The notes: generated by a model from the letters alone, not told the origin. Shown: positions 37,090 to 46,468, numbered from the stretch's first letter. The stretch is DNA of 59,799 nt from a virus (IMGVR_UViG_3300025687_000048:1-59799); one strand, 5' to 3'. Numbers and translations: made by a program.

Positions 37090-37608
37090 TCAGTAGCTGG
37101 CGATGTCGCCCTTCTGCTGTTTCAGTTCGTAGTCGAGCTTGGCGCCACCCATCGCGCCGAAGAGGCGGTCTCGGTCTGTGGCGCGTGCGACGGCCTCCAC
37201 GGCGTCTCGGTGGAGGTCGGCGGGCTGCACGATCCGGCCTCGCCAGTCCGTGCGCATGTCGGTGTAGGGCGGGATGAGCGCGATCGGCACGTCTTTGAAG
37301 CGGACAGCGATGTGGTGCGGGGGAATCCCGTCCCTCTCCTGCGTTGTCCAGTTGACGGTAGCGGCCCAGCCGCCGAATCGACCGGTGAACACACCGACGT
37401 CCCGCTGCTTGTTCTCCTGCTCGATCGTCATGGACTGGTCGAGGTAGAGCCTGCGGCGCTTCAGGGCAGGGGAGGTCTGGAGGATGGCCTGGAGGACGTC
37501 CGCACAGAGTCGGTTGAGAGGACGAGGCTTGCGGTATTCGTGCTCGTTCTCCTCCGTGACCATCGTCGCCGGATTGTCAGGCGACCGGTTCACCAGCATG
37601 GTCGACAT
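37090..37608 (-). CDS. Hypothetical protein (172 aa)
   Basis: ATG overlaps the upstream stop. Confidence 0.6.
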   Translation of the reverse strand: MSTMLVNRSPDNPATMVTEENEHEYRKPRPLNRLCADVLQAILQTSPALKRRRLYLDQSMTIEQENKQRDVGVFTGRFGGWAATVNWTTQERDGIPPHHIAVRFKDVPIALIPPYTDMRTDWRGRIVQPADLHRDAVEAVARATDRDRLFGAMGGAKLDYELKQQKGDIASY

Positions 37609-37772
37609 CAGCAGCAGCCCCCCTTCTTCGTGGTCTTCTTGGGACTCACGTTGGGGTTGCCGGGGCCGCGCTTGACCGACTGGTGGAAGGGCATCCGCCC
37701 CATGTTCTGCGACTCTTCCTGCGAGCAGACCTTCACGTTCTGTCCCTTGAACGAGGACTTGCCCTTGTGCAT
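37608..37772 (-). CDS. Small basic protein (54 aa)
   Basis: MHKGKSS...KKTTKKGGCC; coupled to both neighbours. Confidence 0.55.
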   Translation of the reverse strand: MHKGKSSFKGQNVKVCSQEESQNMGRMPFHQSVKRGPGNPNVSPKKTTKKGGCC

Positions 37773-38533
37773 CAGTATGCCCTCCGTCGACCGATGAGTG
37801 TGGCTGAGATGCTCTGGTCGACGGCGCCTCCCTTGGCCACCACGGCGATCGCACTCTTCTGTGGGAGTTGCTTGCCAATTGCCCACTGGTGCGGTTCACC
37901 ACCGTTGGCGATCGTGCCGCTGACGATCACGTCGTAGTCGGCACTGAAAGACCAGAAGGGGCCTGTCTGCGGGTAGAGGCGGAGTTCGTACGAGGTCGAG
38001 TTGCCGCCGCCGTTGTTCTCGATGATGAAGTAGTCCAGGACCGGTCTGTCGGGTTTGCCAAAGACGACGAGGGCCTGTGGTTCCCAGAAGACGCCCGCGG
38101 CGATCGTCCCCAGCTGCACAGCCGATCCCTTGGTGTGGAACACCTTGAACGTGCCGGCCATCGTGGAGTCGAGGTAGGCGGATTCATACCAGTGGATCGC
38201 AGAGTCGGTGACGGCGGTGTCGCCGCCCGCGATGGCCAGCTGCTGTTCGATGCGCCTGCCGCTGACAGAGAGGCCCGTCACGGTGACGTAGGCCGTGTCG
38301 GTGACCGTTCCCGCTGACGTCGTGTCGTGTGCGACGTAGATGACCGAGTCCTTGGCCGTCGCCGCGAACTGCGCATCCCCGGTGACAAGCTCGAACGAGC
38401 CGTCGATGTCGGTGTCGGTGACGTGGATGTAGAACCCGTCACCGGAGGACGCTCCGGCGCCCGGGTTGTAGTTGAGCGGCTCTGCGAAGGAAGCGCCCGC
38501 AAGGAGGGCGATCAGTGCGATGTAGCGGATCAT
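37772..38533 (-). CDS. Signal-peptide, beta-rich protein right after the portal (253 aa)
   Basis: MIRYIALIALLAGASFA|E; ATGA overlap with the portal stop. Confidence 0.78.
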   Translation of the reverse strand: MIRYIALIALLAGASFAEPLNYNPGAGASSGDGFYIHVTDTDIDGSFELVTGDAQFAATAKDSVIYVAHDTTSAGTVTDTAYVTVTGLSVSGRRIEQQLAIAGGDTAVTDSAIHWYESAYLDSTMAGTFKVFHTKGSAVQLGTIAAGVFWEPQALVVFGKPDRPVLDYFIIENNGGGNSTSYELRLYPQTGPFWSFSADYDVIVSGTIANGGEPHQWAIGKQLPQKSAIAVVAKGGAVDQSISATLIGRRRAY

Positions 38534-40698
38534 GCTGCGACTCCTGCTGCGGGTGGGGGCGGGGGCGCTCCAGGCGCGGGCGGTCCCGGCTGCGGTTGAG
38601 GTTGTCCCGGAGGTACCGGTCCCGGAGTGACCCCGCCTTGCACACTGGCGGTGAGCATCTCGATCAGCTGTGGCGCCGGGATACCGGACGCCTTCGACAC
38701 TTCTTCGAGTTGCGCGGCCAACTGCTGCGCCATGTCGTGCTTCTCGATGGCTTCGACGAGTTCGTCGGCGTTGTTCCAGTCCTGCTCCTTGGCGACCCAC
38801 GGGATGGCGGCGGGACCAACCGCGTTCAGGACCATCTCCGACTGCTCGATCTTCTCGAGCTTGCTCGCCTCGCGGGAGGTATCGAGGGTCAGGCGGATCT
38901 TGTTGAAGACCACGTCGCGGGTGGTCTCGTCGTTCAGGACGAGGATCTCCGCAGGCTTGCCGGCCTCGGTGACCCACTCCATCTCCTGCTCCATGTCGGG
39001 CATCTGCCCGGGCACAGGGGCTTCCTGTGGGGCGTCTCCTGCCGGCTGCTGCTGGAGACTGAAGACGGACGCCACTTCCTCCTCGGAGAAACCGATGAAC
39101 AAGACCTTCTCGCGGTCGTCGTTCGGGTCGGTGATCTCTCCGAGGTAGCGATTGCCTCGCATGAACTGGGCGATGTTGTGCAGGCGCAGGAGCGTCTGGC
39201 GCTCCAAACCGGATTCGATGTGCCGGCGCACCTTCGTCCCCAGCTGATTCTGGCGGGCCATGAGAGCGCGGATGGCGCGGCCCGACTGTACCTGCCCAGG
39301 CACTTCCGCCCGGGCGACGTCGTCGATACCAGAGATGTCGCTGGCGATGTCCTTCAGCAGCGGGAGCGTGCTGGAGAACAGTTGAGCTCCGGTGGGGTTG
39401 TATCCCTGGAACGTGGGCGGCTCGATCCCCTGCATCGTCTCGATGAGGGTCAGAGGGTCTCGCCCGATGCGGGGGATCTTCTCCTTCTGGTCCTGTGGGA
39501 CGGAGCCGCGGAAGGAGTGGATGTAGCCGATGTTCGCAATGAACATCTGGTCGAGCATGGCCGAGATGGCTTCGTTGCGAACGTCTTGGAAGCCGATCAT
39601 GTAGCTGATCTCGCCCCGGGCGCGGCTCTCGTCGCGCAGGCGGATGCAGGGGAACCAGCAGAAGGGAAAGCGTCCGTGTCCGTTCTTGCTCTTGTCGAAC
39701 GGACTCAAGCGGTGCTCGACCACCATATCCGAGACCACGACCGACTCCCACATCTCCACCGTGGGATGCTGCGTCTCGACGACTTGGTCCTTCATCTCGT
39801 CTTCGAGCTGATCGTAGTTCTCCTCGGTGACCATGACCTCTTCGCCGGTCTCATCGAGGATCGTGGCCGGCGAGGCGTCGTCGGACCACCAGTAGCGTTT
39901 CTCGACGATCTGCTTCTTGTGCCACATGCGCTTGATCCACACGCGGTCCTCGCTGTGGGCCATCTTGCGCTGGGCGCCCGCCTTGCCCCCCTTGCCGCGC
40001 ATATAGGAGCGCAGATGGGGGTGCAGGTAGTTCGTCGGATTCTCGTAGTTCAGGTCCACGTCCTTGAGGACGGGATACATCGACTTGACCTCGGAGGTCT
40101 TGCGGTCCTCCAGCCAGATCATCCACTCGCCATCGTCTCGCTGGAACTCCCGGGCGCCAGGGTCCGGGATGACGTAGCGAGAATCGACCCACAGTCCACG
40201 GGGCAGGCCGCGGCCCTCGTCGGCGTCCTGGTCCCAGCCCTCGAACCAGCATCCCTCCCCGATGTGGAAGCAGTCGGTGATGCAGTCTTCCGAGTTCTCC
40301 TCGTAGTTCTCCTCCTCGTCCCGGGTCCATTCCAGAACGTGGAGGAGCAGGCGAGCGAAATCGGTGTGCTTCGGGTGGCGGGCGCTCGGGTTGATGACGG
40401 GATCGCCGTCGAGCACCTCGTTGACCATGCGGTCGATGTCGCGGCGGATGAAGTTGGCGACCACGCGGATGCGGTCGCGGTCCTTGCGGCGGAGGTTGCG
40501 CCGATACTGGTCAGAGCGGTAGTAGCGGAGGGAGGTCGACGCCTCCAGCAGCCATGTGCCGTTCTCCGCGATGCCGAACTGGACGCGGCTGTTCGTGAGT
40601 TCAGCGAGGTCGTCGCCTTCCCACTCCACTCGCGTCTGCGGCGGGCGCTCGTCCTCCCCGGGATCGACCGGAGAGAGGCGGTTCGTGATGGCTACCAC
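38530..40698 (-). CDS. Portal protein (P22-like)
   Basis: 722 aa; VANFIR, GEGC, HGRFPF, SGRAI motifs; Pro/Gln-rich tail. Confidence 0.85.
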   Translation of the reverse strand: MVAITNRLSPVDPGEDERPPQTRVEWEGDDLAELTNSRVQFGIAENGTWLLEASTSLRYYRSDQYRRNLRRKDRDRIRVVANFIRRDIDRMVNEVLDGDPVINPSARHPKHTDFARLLLHVLEWTRDEEENYEENSEDCITDCFHIGEGCWFEGWDQDADEGRGLPRGLWVDSRYVIPDPGAREFQRDDGEWMIWLEDRKTSEVKSMYPVLKDVDLNYENPTNYLHPHLRSYMRGKGGKAGAQRKMAHSEDRVWIKRMWHKKQIVEKRYWWSDDASPATILDETGEEVMVTEENYDQLEDEMKDQVVETQHPTVEMWESVVVSDMVVEHRLSPFDKSKNGHGRFPFCWFPCIRLRDESRARGEISYMIGFQDVRNEAISAMLDQMFIANIGYIHSFRGSVPQDQKEKIPRIGRDPLTLIETMQGIEPPTFQGYNPTGAQLFSSTLPLLKDIASDISGIDDVARAEVPGQVQSGRAIRALMARQNQLGTKVRRHIESGLERQTLLRLHNIAQFMRGNRYLGEITDPNDDREKVLFIGFSEEEVASVFSLQQQPAGDAPQEAPVPGQMPDMEQEMEWVTEAGKPAEILVLNDETTRDVVFNKIRLTLDTSREASKLEKIEQSEMVLNAVGPAAIPWVAKEQDWNNADELVEAIEKHDMAQQLAAQLEEVSKASGIPAPQLIEMLTASVQGGVTPGPVPPGQPQPQPGPPAPGAPPPPPAAGVAA

Positions 40699-40724
40699 CA
40701 GAGAGAACCTCGATCTACTGCCAA

Positions 40725-40763
40725 CAAAAAAGGCGCACGGTAGGAGAACCCTACCGTGCGCCT
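40725..40763 (-). terminator. Intrinsic terminator just upstream of the portal gene
   Basis: Perfect 14-bp stem aggcgcacggtagg/cctaccgtgcgcct followed by a U run on the - strand. Confidence 0.85.
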
Positions 40764-40839
40764 CGGAAGACAGTATGTGGACTCCCCCGAAGGGGAATCG
40801 TTGTGAGTTTTCTGTGGAGCGTGTAGCTCCCCAGCAGCG

Positions 40840-40868
40840 AACCTACGCGGCCTGTTTGCCTTCGGCAA
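40840..40868 (-). promoter_or_regulatory. Sigma70-like promoter
   Basis: TTGCCG-17 bp-TAGGTT on the - strand. Confidence 0.55.
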
Positions 40869-41187
40869 GCCCGAAGACGATGTCGGCGGCGGCGACCCGT
40901 CCCTTCTCAGTCAGGCGCCACATCTTCTTGACGATCTCTTGATTGTCCTTCAGGGGCGCCCTGTGACGGTAGACCTCGACGAGACCGTGCTTCTCGAGGT
41001 TGTGGAGAATCCCCTCCGCGATGGTGCGCGTCGTGCCGATCATCCGGCCCAGGTGCGACACCGTCATGCCCATCGTCGCCCGACTGAGAACCGCCTGGAC
41101 CCGGTCACCCAGCGGGAGAATCCGGGTGCTGTCGATGAACTCCCAGTAGCGGTTGACCCGCTCCATCTGCCGTTCCTTCATGCCCAT
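40843..41187 (-). CDS. Winged-HTH DNA-binding protein
   Basis: MTVSHLGRMIG...ILHNLEKHGLVE...WRLTEKG. Confidence 0.75.
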   Translation of the reverse strand: MGMKERQMERVNRYWEFIDSTRILPLGDRVQAVLSRATMGMTVSHLGRMIGTTRTIAEGILHNLEKHGLVEVYRHRAPLKDNQEIVKKMWRLTEKGRVAAADIVFGLAEGKQAA

Positions 41188-41188
41188 G

Positions 41189-42046
41189 CTACGCAGCCTC
41201 CGTGTTGAATAGGTCGATGATGGTCTGAGCTACCTCTGAGCGGTAGATGTCGTTGTCCTGCTGCTCCTCCGTGGGCCGCGGCTCCCTCTCGTAGCCGTCC
41301 GACTCCTGCCATGTGCGGATCTCGTAGGTCATGTCGTAGACCTGCATCCGCTCCAGCACCATCCCCAGAGCCCGGTTGGGCGTGCTGATCGGCTCGTTCG
41401 AGCCGTCGTAGCCGTGCATCCTCTCCCAGATGTCGCAGTCGAGGTTGACCAGCATGTCCCGGTGAAAGAGCGCGTTGGCGATGCGCAGGTTGGTCAGCGG
41501 GTCTTCGTAGGGCGTCTCGACCACAGGGACCGTCCGGTGCTCCGTCTTGAAGCAGGGCCACCATGTCTCGACGTGATGGCCGAGGTAGTGCTGATCGTAG
41601 TCTTGCAGGCCGTCGATGTTGCGGATCGACCGGGTGAACCCCTGCTTCGTGTCGGGCGGCACCCAGAGCAGTTCGGGCCACCAGATGTCCTTCAGGGCTA
41701 CGAGAACGCGGCCCAGTGTGAACAGCGAGGGATACTCGACATCCTTCTCGCGGATCTGGTACTTGATCTGCTCCTCCGGGCTGAAGTCTCTCGCGTCGAG
41801 GGCCACGCCTTCGTCGAGGATGACTCGCTGGCGGTCCTTCTGCCGAGGGTCGCCGTCGTAGAGCTCCCCCACCACCACGGCGTAGGGCGGGTAGTTCCCC
41901 TCCCCGTTGACCGCCGCCATCCAGATCCGCGTGAACTCCCAGTCGTGCGGCTCTATGTCGAGGTTGGCATCGGGGGGCGGGGCCTCCCAGACGCGCACAG
42001 TCGGCGGTCCCTCCTGCCTCCTCCTGACGACGACGTCCCGCTTCAC
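41189..42046 (-). CDS. Hypothetical protein (285 aa), possibly RNase H-like fold
   Basis: GTGA overlap with the upstream gene; PYAVVVGE...VILDE. Confidence 0.6.
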   Translation of the reverse strand: MKRDVVVRRRQEGPPTVRVWEAPPPDANLDIEPHDWEFTRIWMAAVNGEGNYPPYAVVVGELYDGDPRQKDRQRVILDEGVALDARDFSPEEQIKYQIREKDVEYPSLFTLGRVLVALKDIWWPELLWVPPDTKQGFTRSIRNIDGLQDYDQHYLGHHVETWWPCFKTEHRTVPVVETPYEDPLTNLRIANALFHRDMLVNLDCDIWERMHGYDGSNEPISTPNRALGMVLERMQVYDMTYEIRTWQESDGYEREPRPTEEQQDNDIYRSEVAQTIIDLFNTEAA

Positions 42047-42342
42047 TCGGGATACCCGTCCCCTTTCGATTCGTCCATCTGGGCGAGGAGCTTCTTCTCC
42101 GCCTCCTGAATCGCCTTGATCGCCCGGAGCAGGTAGACCTGGGCGTCGTGCAGCCACGCCAGCCGGTCAGAGGCGGGGGCGTTGCCGTAGAGGTTGAGGT
42201 TCGAGTGAACCTTCAGGTTGACCTTGTCGCGGTCCTCTTCGTCCTGCTGGAGGGCGACGAGGAACCAGACGTCGCTCCGCTTCAGGAGCCACAGGCCGAA
42301 CTTCTCCGCGTAGGTGAGGCGCTGCTTCTTCTTCTTGCTCAC
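42043..42342 (-). CDS. Hypothetical protein (99 aa)
   Basis: Coupled ORF in the late operon. Confidence 0.6.
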   Translation of the reverse strand: MSKKKKQRLTYAEKFGLWLLKRSDVWFLVALQQDEEDRDKVNLKVHSNLNLYGNAPASDRLAWLHDAQVYLLRAIKAIQEAEKKLLAQMDESKGDGYPE

Positions 42343-42421
42343 GACAACACCGCCAGTAGGAGTCCAGTGAAGAGGGCGAGGCCGGCCCAGGTGACCACGA
42401 TCATCGCAGCGATCGACCGTT

Positions 42422-42943
42422 TCATCCGATCTCTTCTTGCGACTTCGCCACGGAGGTCAGCGTCCGGGGAATGTCAGAGACGCAGTGCCGGTGAGAGTTG
42501 AACCGGCTGGCGAGGTCGACGAACTGATCCTCCAGAGAGGCGATCCGCTCGAAGATGTTGCCGCCCGGGATGTCGTCGTTGAGTTGCTGGTGGGCAGCAC
42601 GTCCCGCTTCGGCATCTTTCAGTGCCTCCTGAACGTCCGGGTGGACGGGACCGGGTTCATCGAGGCTACTCTCCAGTGCACGGATCTTGCGGAGGACGAC
42701 CTCGAACGAGGCTCGGACCCGAGTTCGATACTCCCGCTCGTCGGGTGCCATGACGTCCTTGAGATCGAACGTCTCGTCGTCGTGGGTAGTGTCGAGAGTC
42801 ACTCCGCTGACGTGATCGTGCTCCGCCGTCACGTTCGGCATCCACTTCGCCATCCAGTGCGGCGACGACAGGGTCCGGGCATCGGAGATCGCCTGGGTGA
42901 GGACGTTCAGCTGCTCGTCTGTCAGGCCGAACTGACCACTCAC
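42422..42943 (-). CDS. Hypothetical protein (173 aa)
   Basis: GTG start with GGGAGG RBS, overlapping the upstream stop. Confidence 0.55.
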   Translation of the reverse strand: MSGQFGLTDEQLNVLTQAISDARTLSSPHWMAKWMPNVTAEHDHVSGVTLDTTHDDETFDLKDVMAPDEREYRTRVRASFEVVLRKIRALESSLDEPGPVHPDVQEALKDAEAGRAAHQQLNDDIPGGNIFERIASLEDQFVDLASRFNSHRHCVSDIPRTLTSVAKSQEEIG

Positions 42944-43059
42944 AGCGGCCTCCCCTCTTCGTCGCACATCGGGGCGTTCTTCATCTCCCACCAGAGCCAG
43001 AGCCCCCCGACGACCGCGGCGGCGAGCCACACGCCAGTGATGAACCACAGCCACGTCAT
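42940..43059 (-). CDS. Small TM protein (39 aa)
   Basis: MTWLWFITGVWLAAAVVGGLWLWW. Confidence 0.5.
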   Translation of the reverse strand: MTWLWFITGVWLAAAVVGGLWLWWEMKNAPMCDEEGRPL

Positions 43060-43225
43060 CGACGGGCCTCCATCGCCTCGACGTGGTCCCACCGGGGCGG
43101 AACGGGTGTCACCCTCGATCCGAGGATGCGGTTCACCGTCGCTATCTCTCTGAGATGGCGGGTGCAGGCATCGCACGGATCGTCCAGCACGACGCCATGC
43201 ACGCACGTCCCCTTCGATACTCCGC

Positions 43226-43471
43226 TCACTGCACCATCCTCGGGGTCAGGGGCTGGGCCACTCGCTTCACGACGACGTCGACCATGACGGTCGTGGTGTC
43301 GTCGAAGGCCATCTCGACCGGGATGGTCGTGAAGGAGTCGGTCAGGGCTGTGGAGACGGCGGCGCCGTTCTCCAGTCGTGAGATCCGAGTGTCAATGTCG
43401 TCGACCGTGTTCAGTGCCAGACCGGCGACGATGAGCCCGATAACAGCAGCTCCGATCAACTTGGAATCCAT
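43226..43471 (-). CDS. Small protein with N-terminal TM/signal (81 aa)
   Basis: MDSKLIGAAVIGLIVAGLAL; AGGAGG RBS. Confidence 0.55.
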   Translation of the reverse strand: MDSKLIGAAVIGLIVAGLALNTVDDIDTRISRLENGAAVSTALTDSFTTIPVEMAFDDTTTVMVDVVVKRVAQPLTPRMVQ

Positions 43472-43571
43472 CCTGCTCCTCCTATCCATGAAAGTGCGGT
43501 GAGCACACCAGCCAGGGCGCCCGCAAGGAACCCGACGAGGAACGCCTTAGTGACGGTCCACTCGTCGTCTC

Positions 43572-43775
43572 TCAGGTCGAGCGACATTTCTCACACTCCT
43601 GCCAGTTGAGAGCGATGAGGGCTTCTCCGGTGTTCAGGTTCCGCTGCACGTCCCCCTGTGGCATAGGCTCGTCGCATTGCAGTGTCTCCGCCGCCATGAC
43701 GGCGGTTCTCTGGACGGCGTGCGCCAGTAGCGTCTGGGCGACTTCCTGCGACGTCATGTGGACGGTGACCTTCAA
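43572..43775 (-). CDS. Hypothetical protein (67 aa)
   Basis: TTG start overlapping the TerL stop; GAGGAG RBS. Confidence 0.45.
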   Translation of the reverse strand: MKVTVHMTSQEVAQTLLAHAVQRTAVMAAETLQCDEPMPQGDVQRNLNTGEALIALNWQECEKCRST

Positions 43776-45175
43776 CCGGGTCTCCTCTTGGCTTGGCGAC
43801 GGTGTTTGTTCGGGTCGTAGTGGGTGAGCATCTCGGGGGCCAGGAACAGGGCCGTCATGCACCAGACGAGGGCGTCCCCGCGGTCGAACGGGAGCTTGGG
43901 GTTGCCGTCGTAGTTGGTCATCTGGTCTTCGAGTTCCGCGAAGGTGCCGACGTGGTGGATCTTCCTCTGGGGGATATAGAGCAGCGAGACCGGCTCGGCC
44001 CGGGTGATCTTCCCCCGAGAGGCGGTGACCAGCCGGATCGGGATGGTCGGGTCGACGACGTGGATGGCCGCTCGGACCATGTCGCCTCCCTGGTTCTTCT
44101 CCGCCACGATCCAGTCGGCTTCGAGTTCTCGGTATAGTCCGACCGCCGTCTCCGCCCACTCCTCGGTGAGGTAGTGACCCGAGCGGTCTCGTAGGACGTA
44201 GCCCTCGTCATCTACGCCGACGCCTCCAGCGATGATCCCTGTCTCAGAGAGACCGGCTTCGTTGATTCCCTCGGTGGCGGAGTCTTGCCCGCCTGCGCCA
44301 GGGTCGATCGCAACAACGATGCGGCGAAGGTCGGGATGCTCCCGCACGCGCAGACTGTGGATCTGGTCGAGACTCCAGAGGGCGCCGGGGACATCCGCGA
44401 GGATCTCGCCGTAGACCTCCTGTCGCCCGATCCGGGAGCCCTCGTACTGCTGGAGGCGCTCGATGAAGTTCGGGGCGAGGTTGGAGGCGTTCTCATAACT
44501 GGAGCCGGTGGTGACGTGACAGCGTGGGTCAACTACCAGTTCCTTGATCTTGCTGATGGGCCGCGGTGTCGTGGTGACGACGCAGCGAGGGTCCGTCCCG
44601 AGGCGGAGCGTGAACTCGAGGTTGTCCCACGTCTCGGTGGGGTATTCATACTTGGCGAGTTCGTCGACCCAGGCGCTGTCGAACTGGGGTCCGCGCAGCT
44701 GATCCGGCTCATCGCCTGCGTAGGTCGATGCGACGGCGCCTGTGTGGAAGGTGATCCGCCGCTTGGATGGCTCGTATTTGGGCGTCTCATGGGGCGGGAA
44801 GACGGACATGATCCCCGACTCCCCTTCGACCATGACATCGCGGGCATCGCCGGCAGTCTGTGCGACCAGTGCCAGTCGGCGCGAGCCTTCATACACCCTC
44901 TTCCGCACCCACTCCGCCCCCGTCCGCGTCTTGCCGAAGCCTCGCCCGCTCAGGAGCAGCCATACCCTCCACTGGCCCTGGGGCGGCAGCTGATTCGGTC
45001 TGGCCCACAGGTTCCAGTCGAACATCAGAGCCCGCTGCTCCTCCAGACTCATCTCCCGCAGCAGTGAACTCAGCGTCGACCGGGCCGCTTCTGGTCCCAG
45101 TGAGTCGGTCAACGAGCGCAGAGAGGCGAGCAAAGGCGACTCGCCCGTAGTCGGTGTCTTCTCCATCGCCGTCAT
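43772..45175 (-). CDS. terL: Terminase large subunit (start uncertain)
   Basis: GRGFGKT Walker A, WVDE Walker B, VTTTP, VAIDP nuclease motif, DRGDAL. Confidence 0.93.
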   Translation of the reverse strand: MTAMEKTPTTGESPLLASLRSLTDSLGPEAARSTLSSLLREMSLEEQRALMFDWNLWARPNQLPPQGQWRVWLLLSGRGFGKTRTGAEWVRKRVYEGSRRLALVAQTAGDARDVMVEGESGIMSVFPPHETPKYEPSKRRITFHTGAVASTYAGDEPDQLRGPQFDSAWVDELAKYEYPTETWDNLEFTLRLGTDPRCVVTTTPRPISKIKELVVDPRCHVTTGSSYENASNLAPNFIERLQQYEGSRIGRQEVYGEILADVPGALWSLDQIHSLRVREHPDLRRIVVAIDPGAGGQDSATEGINEAGLSETGIIAGGVGVDDEGYVLRDRSGHYLTEEWAETAVGLYRELEADWIVAEKNQGGDMVRAAIHVVDPTIPIRLVTASRGKITRAEPVSLLYIPQRKIHHVGTFAELEDQMTNYDGNPKLPFDRGDALVWCMTALFLAPEMLTHYDPNKHRRQAKRRPG

Positions 45176-45533
45176 CGGTCTCGAGGGACTCCATCTCCTT
45201 GCGGATCTGATCCAGCAGAGCCGCCCGGTCGCGCACCAGATAGGTGCGCCCCTTCTCCCCGTCCTCGAAGAGAGGCGTGGCCTCGACCATCCGCTCCAGT
45301 TCCCGCAGGCGTGCCGCCTTGTGGATGAAGCGCAGATCGTCCATCCGCGAGAGATACTCCCGCCGCTTCTCGTCGAGAGCCTTCTTGAAGAGCGGATCGG
45401 CCTTCCACTGCGAGACCCGCACGGGCCTGACACCGACCTGCTCGGCAATGGAGACCTGGGTCTCGGTGCCCTCGGCCAGCAGTTGGATGCACTGGAGATG
45501 CCTCGCTGAGAGACTCTGGAGCGGTCGTGGCAC
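44889..45533 (-). CDS. terS: Terminase small subunit
   Basis: N-terminal HTH (QVSIAEQVGV...VSQWKADPLF), RLRELE, LDQIRKE; upstream of TerL. Confidence 0.75.
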   Translation of the reverse strand: MPRPLQSLSARHLQCIQLLAEGTETQVSIAEQVGVRPVRVSQWKADPLFKKALDEKRREYLSRMDDLRFIHKAARLRELERMVEATPLFEDGEKGRTYLVRDRAALLDQIRKEMESLETDDGDGEDTDYGRVAFARLSALVDRLTGTRSGPVDAEFTAAGDESGGAAGSDVRLEPVGQTESAAAPGPVEGMAAPERARLRQDADGGGVGAEEGV

Positions 45534-45552
45534 TACTTAGCATACCTTTCCA

Positions 45553-46125
45553 TTACATCTGACCGCGGCGGGCCTTCTCCAGCATGTCTTCGAGGTCTGC
45601 GATGAGCACTCCCTGCCACCGGCCCGGGACCGTGGCGCCGGGTTCGGACCACTTCTTGACCCACTTGTCGCGCACCTTGCCGCGCAGGTCACCGAACTCG
45701 GAGGGAATCCGCTGGGCGTCGAGGAACTGGTCGATCATCTGGATGATCTTGTCGTCGAGTCCGTTGGAAGCGGTGGTGGTCTCCTCCTCTGAGGCCGGTG
45801 GGGCGCCCGGGGCGGGCGGCTGGTCGAGCAGGGCGGAGACGGCGCCGGCGATGGTGTTGACCGACTCCAGTGTCGCCTGGACGATGTCGAGGATGGCGTT
45901 GGTCCGGTGGTGGAGTTCCGCCACCTTGACGTCGAGGACGTCGATGGCGTCCACCAGGGTATGCGTATCGACGGTGCCCGGGGTTGCCTCGGTGGCTTCC
46001 TCGAACCGCATGAGCGCGAACAGGATGCGCAGGCGGTTCTGCTCAGTCATCTCCTTGGATTCGGGGATGAAGGGGCGATACTTCTCGGGGAACTCGTTGT
46101 TCGGGATGCTCTTGGGCGGGGCCAT
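45553..46125 (-). CDS. Hypothetical protein (190 aa)
   Basis: GGAGG RBS; coiled-coil-like middle. Confidence 0.65.
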   Translation of the reverse strand: MAPPKSIPNNEFPEKYRPFIPESKEMTEQNRLRILFALMRFEEATEATPGTVDTHTLVDAIDVLDVKVAELHHRTNAILDIVQATLESVNTIAGAVSALLDQPPAPGAPPASEEETTTASNGLDDKIIQMIDQFLDAQRIPSEFGDLRGKVRDKWVKKWSEPGATVPGRWQGVLIADLEDMLEKARRGQM

Positions 46126-46126
46126 C

Positions 46127-46468
46127 CTACCTCCAGAGGTTCAGGATCTGGGTGAGTTTGCCGGGCCACGGCTTGCCCGATATGCGCTTGATGCCGGTCC
46201 ATGCAGCCTGCCAGCCGGCGACAGCTGCGGCCCACCATCTCCAGTCGGTGTCCCATGCGAGGTAGCAGACCCAGAAGACCGCAGGCCACATCGCCGCGGA
46301 GAAGACGTGGAACCAGTCGGTGATCTGGAGACCGGGAATCAGAGGGCGGTGTGCCCACGGTGCTTCCTCATGCCGGTACCAGACGTGGGTCGAGACCTTG
46401 CCCGCTTCGTGGAGCAGGACCAGAGCGAGGGTGATCTCGAGGGCGTAGGTGTCGAGCAAGGATCTCAC
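46127..46468 (-). CDS. Trp-rich membrane protein (113 aa)
   Basis: GTGA overlap; about three hydrophobic segments. Confidence 0.55.
   Translation of the reverse strand: MRSLLDTYALEITLALVLLHEAGKVSTHVWYRHEEAPWAHRPLIPGLQITDWFHVFSAAMWPAVFWVCYLAWDTDWRWWAAAVAGWQAAWTGIKRISGKPWPGKLTQILNLWR

Noticed and set aside
38534-39751. N-terminal extension giving the 659-aa ORF
   Set aside because: Out-of-frame overlap with the portal; the real gene starts at 38533 (MIRYIAL).
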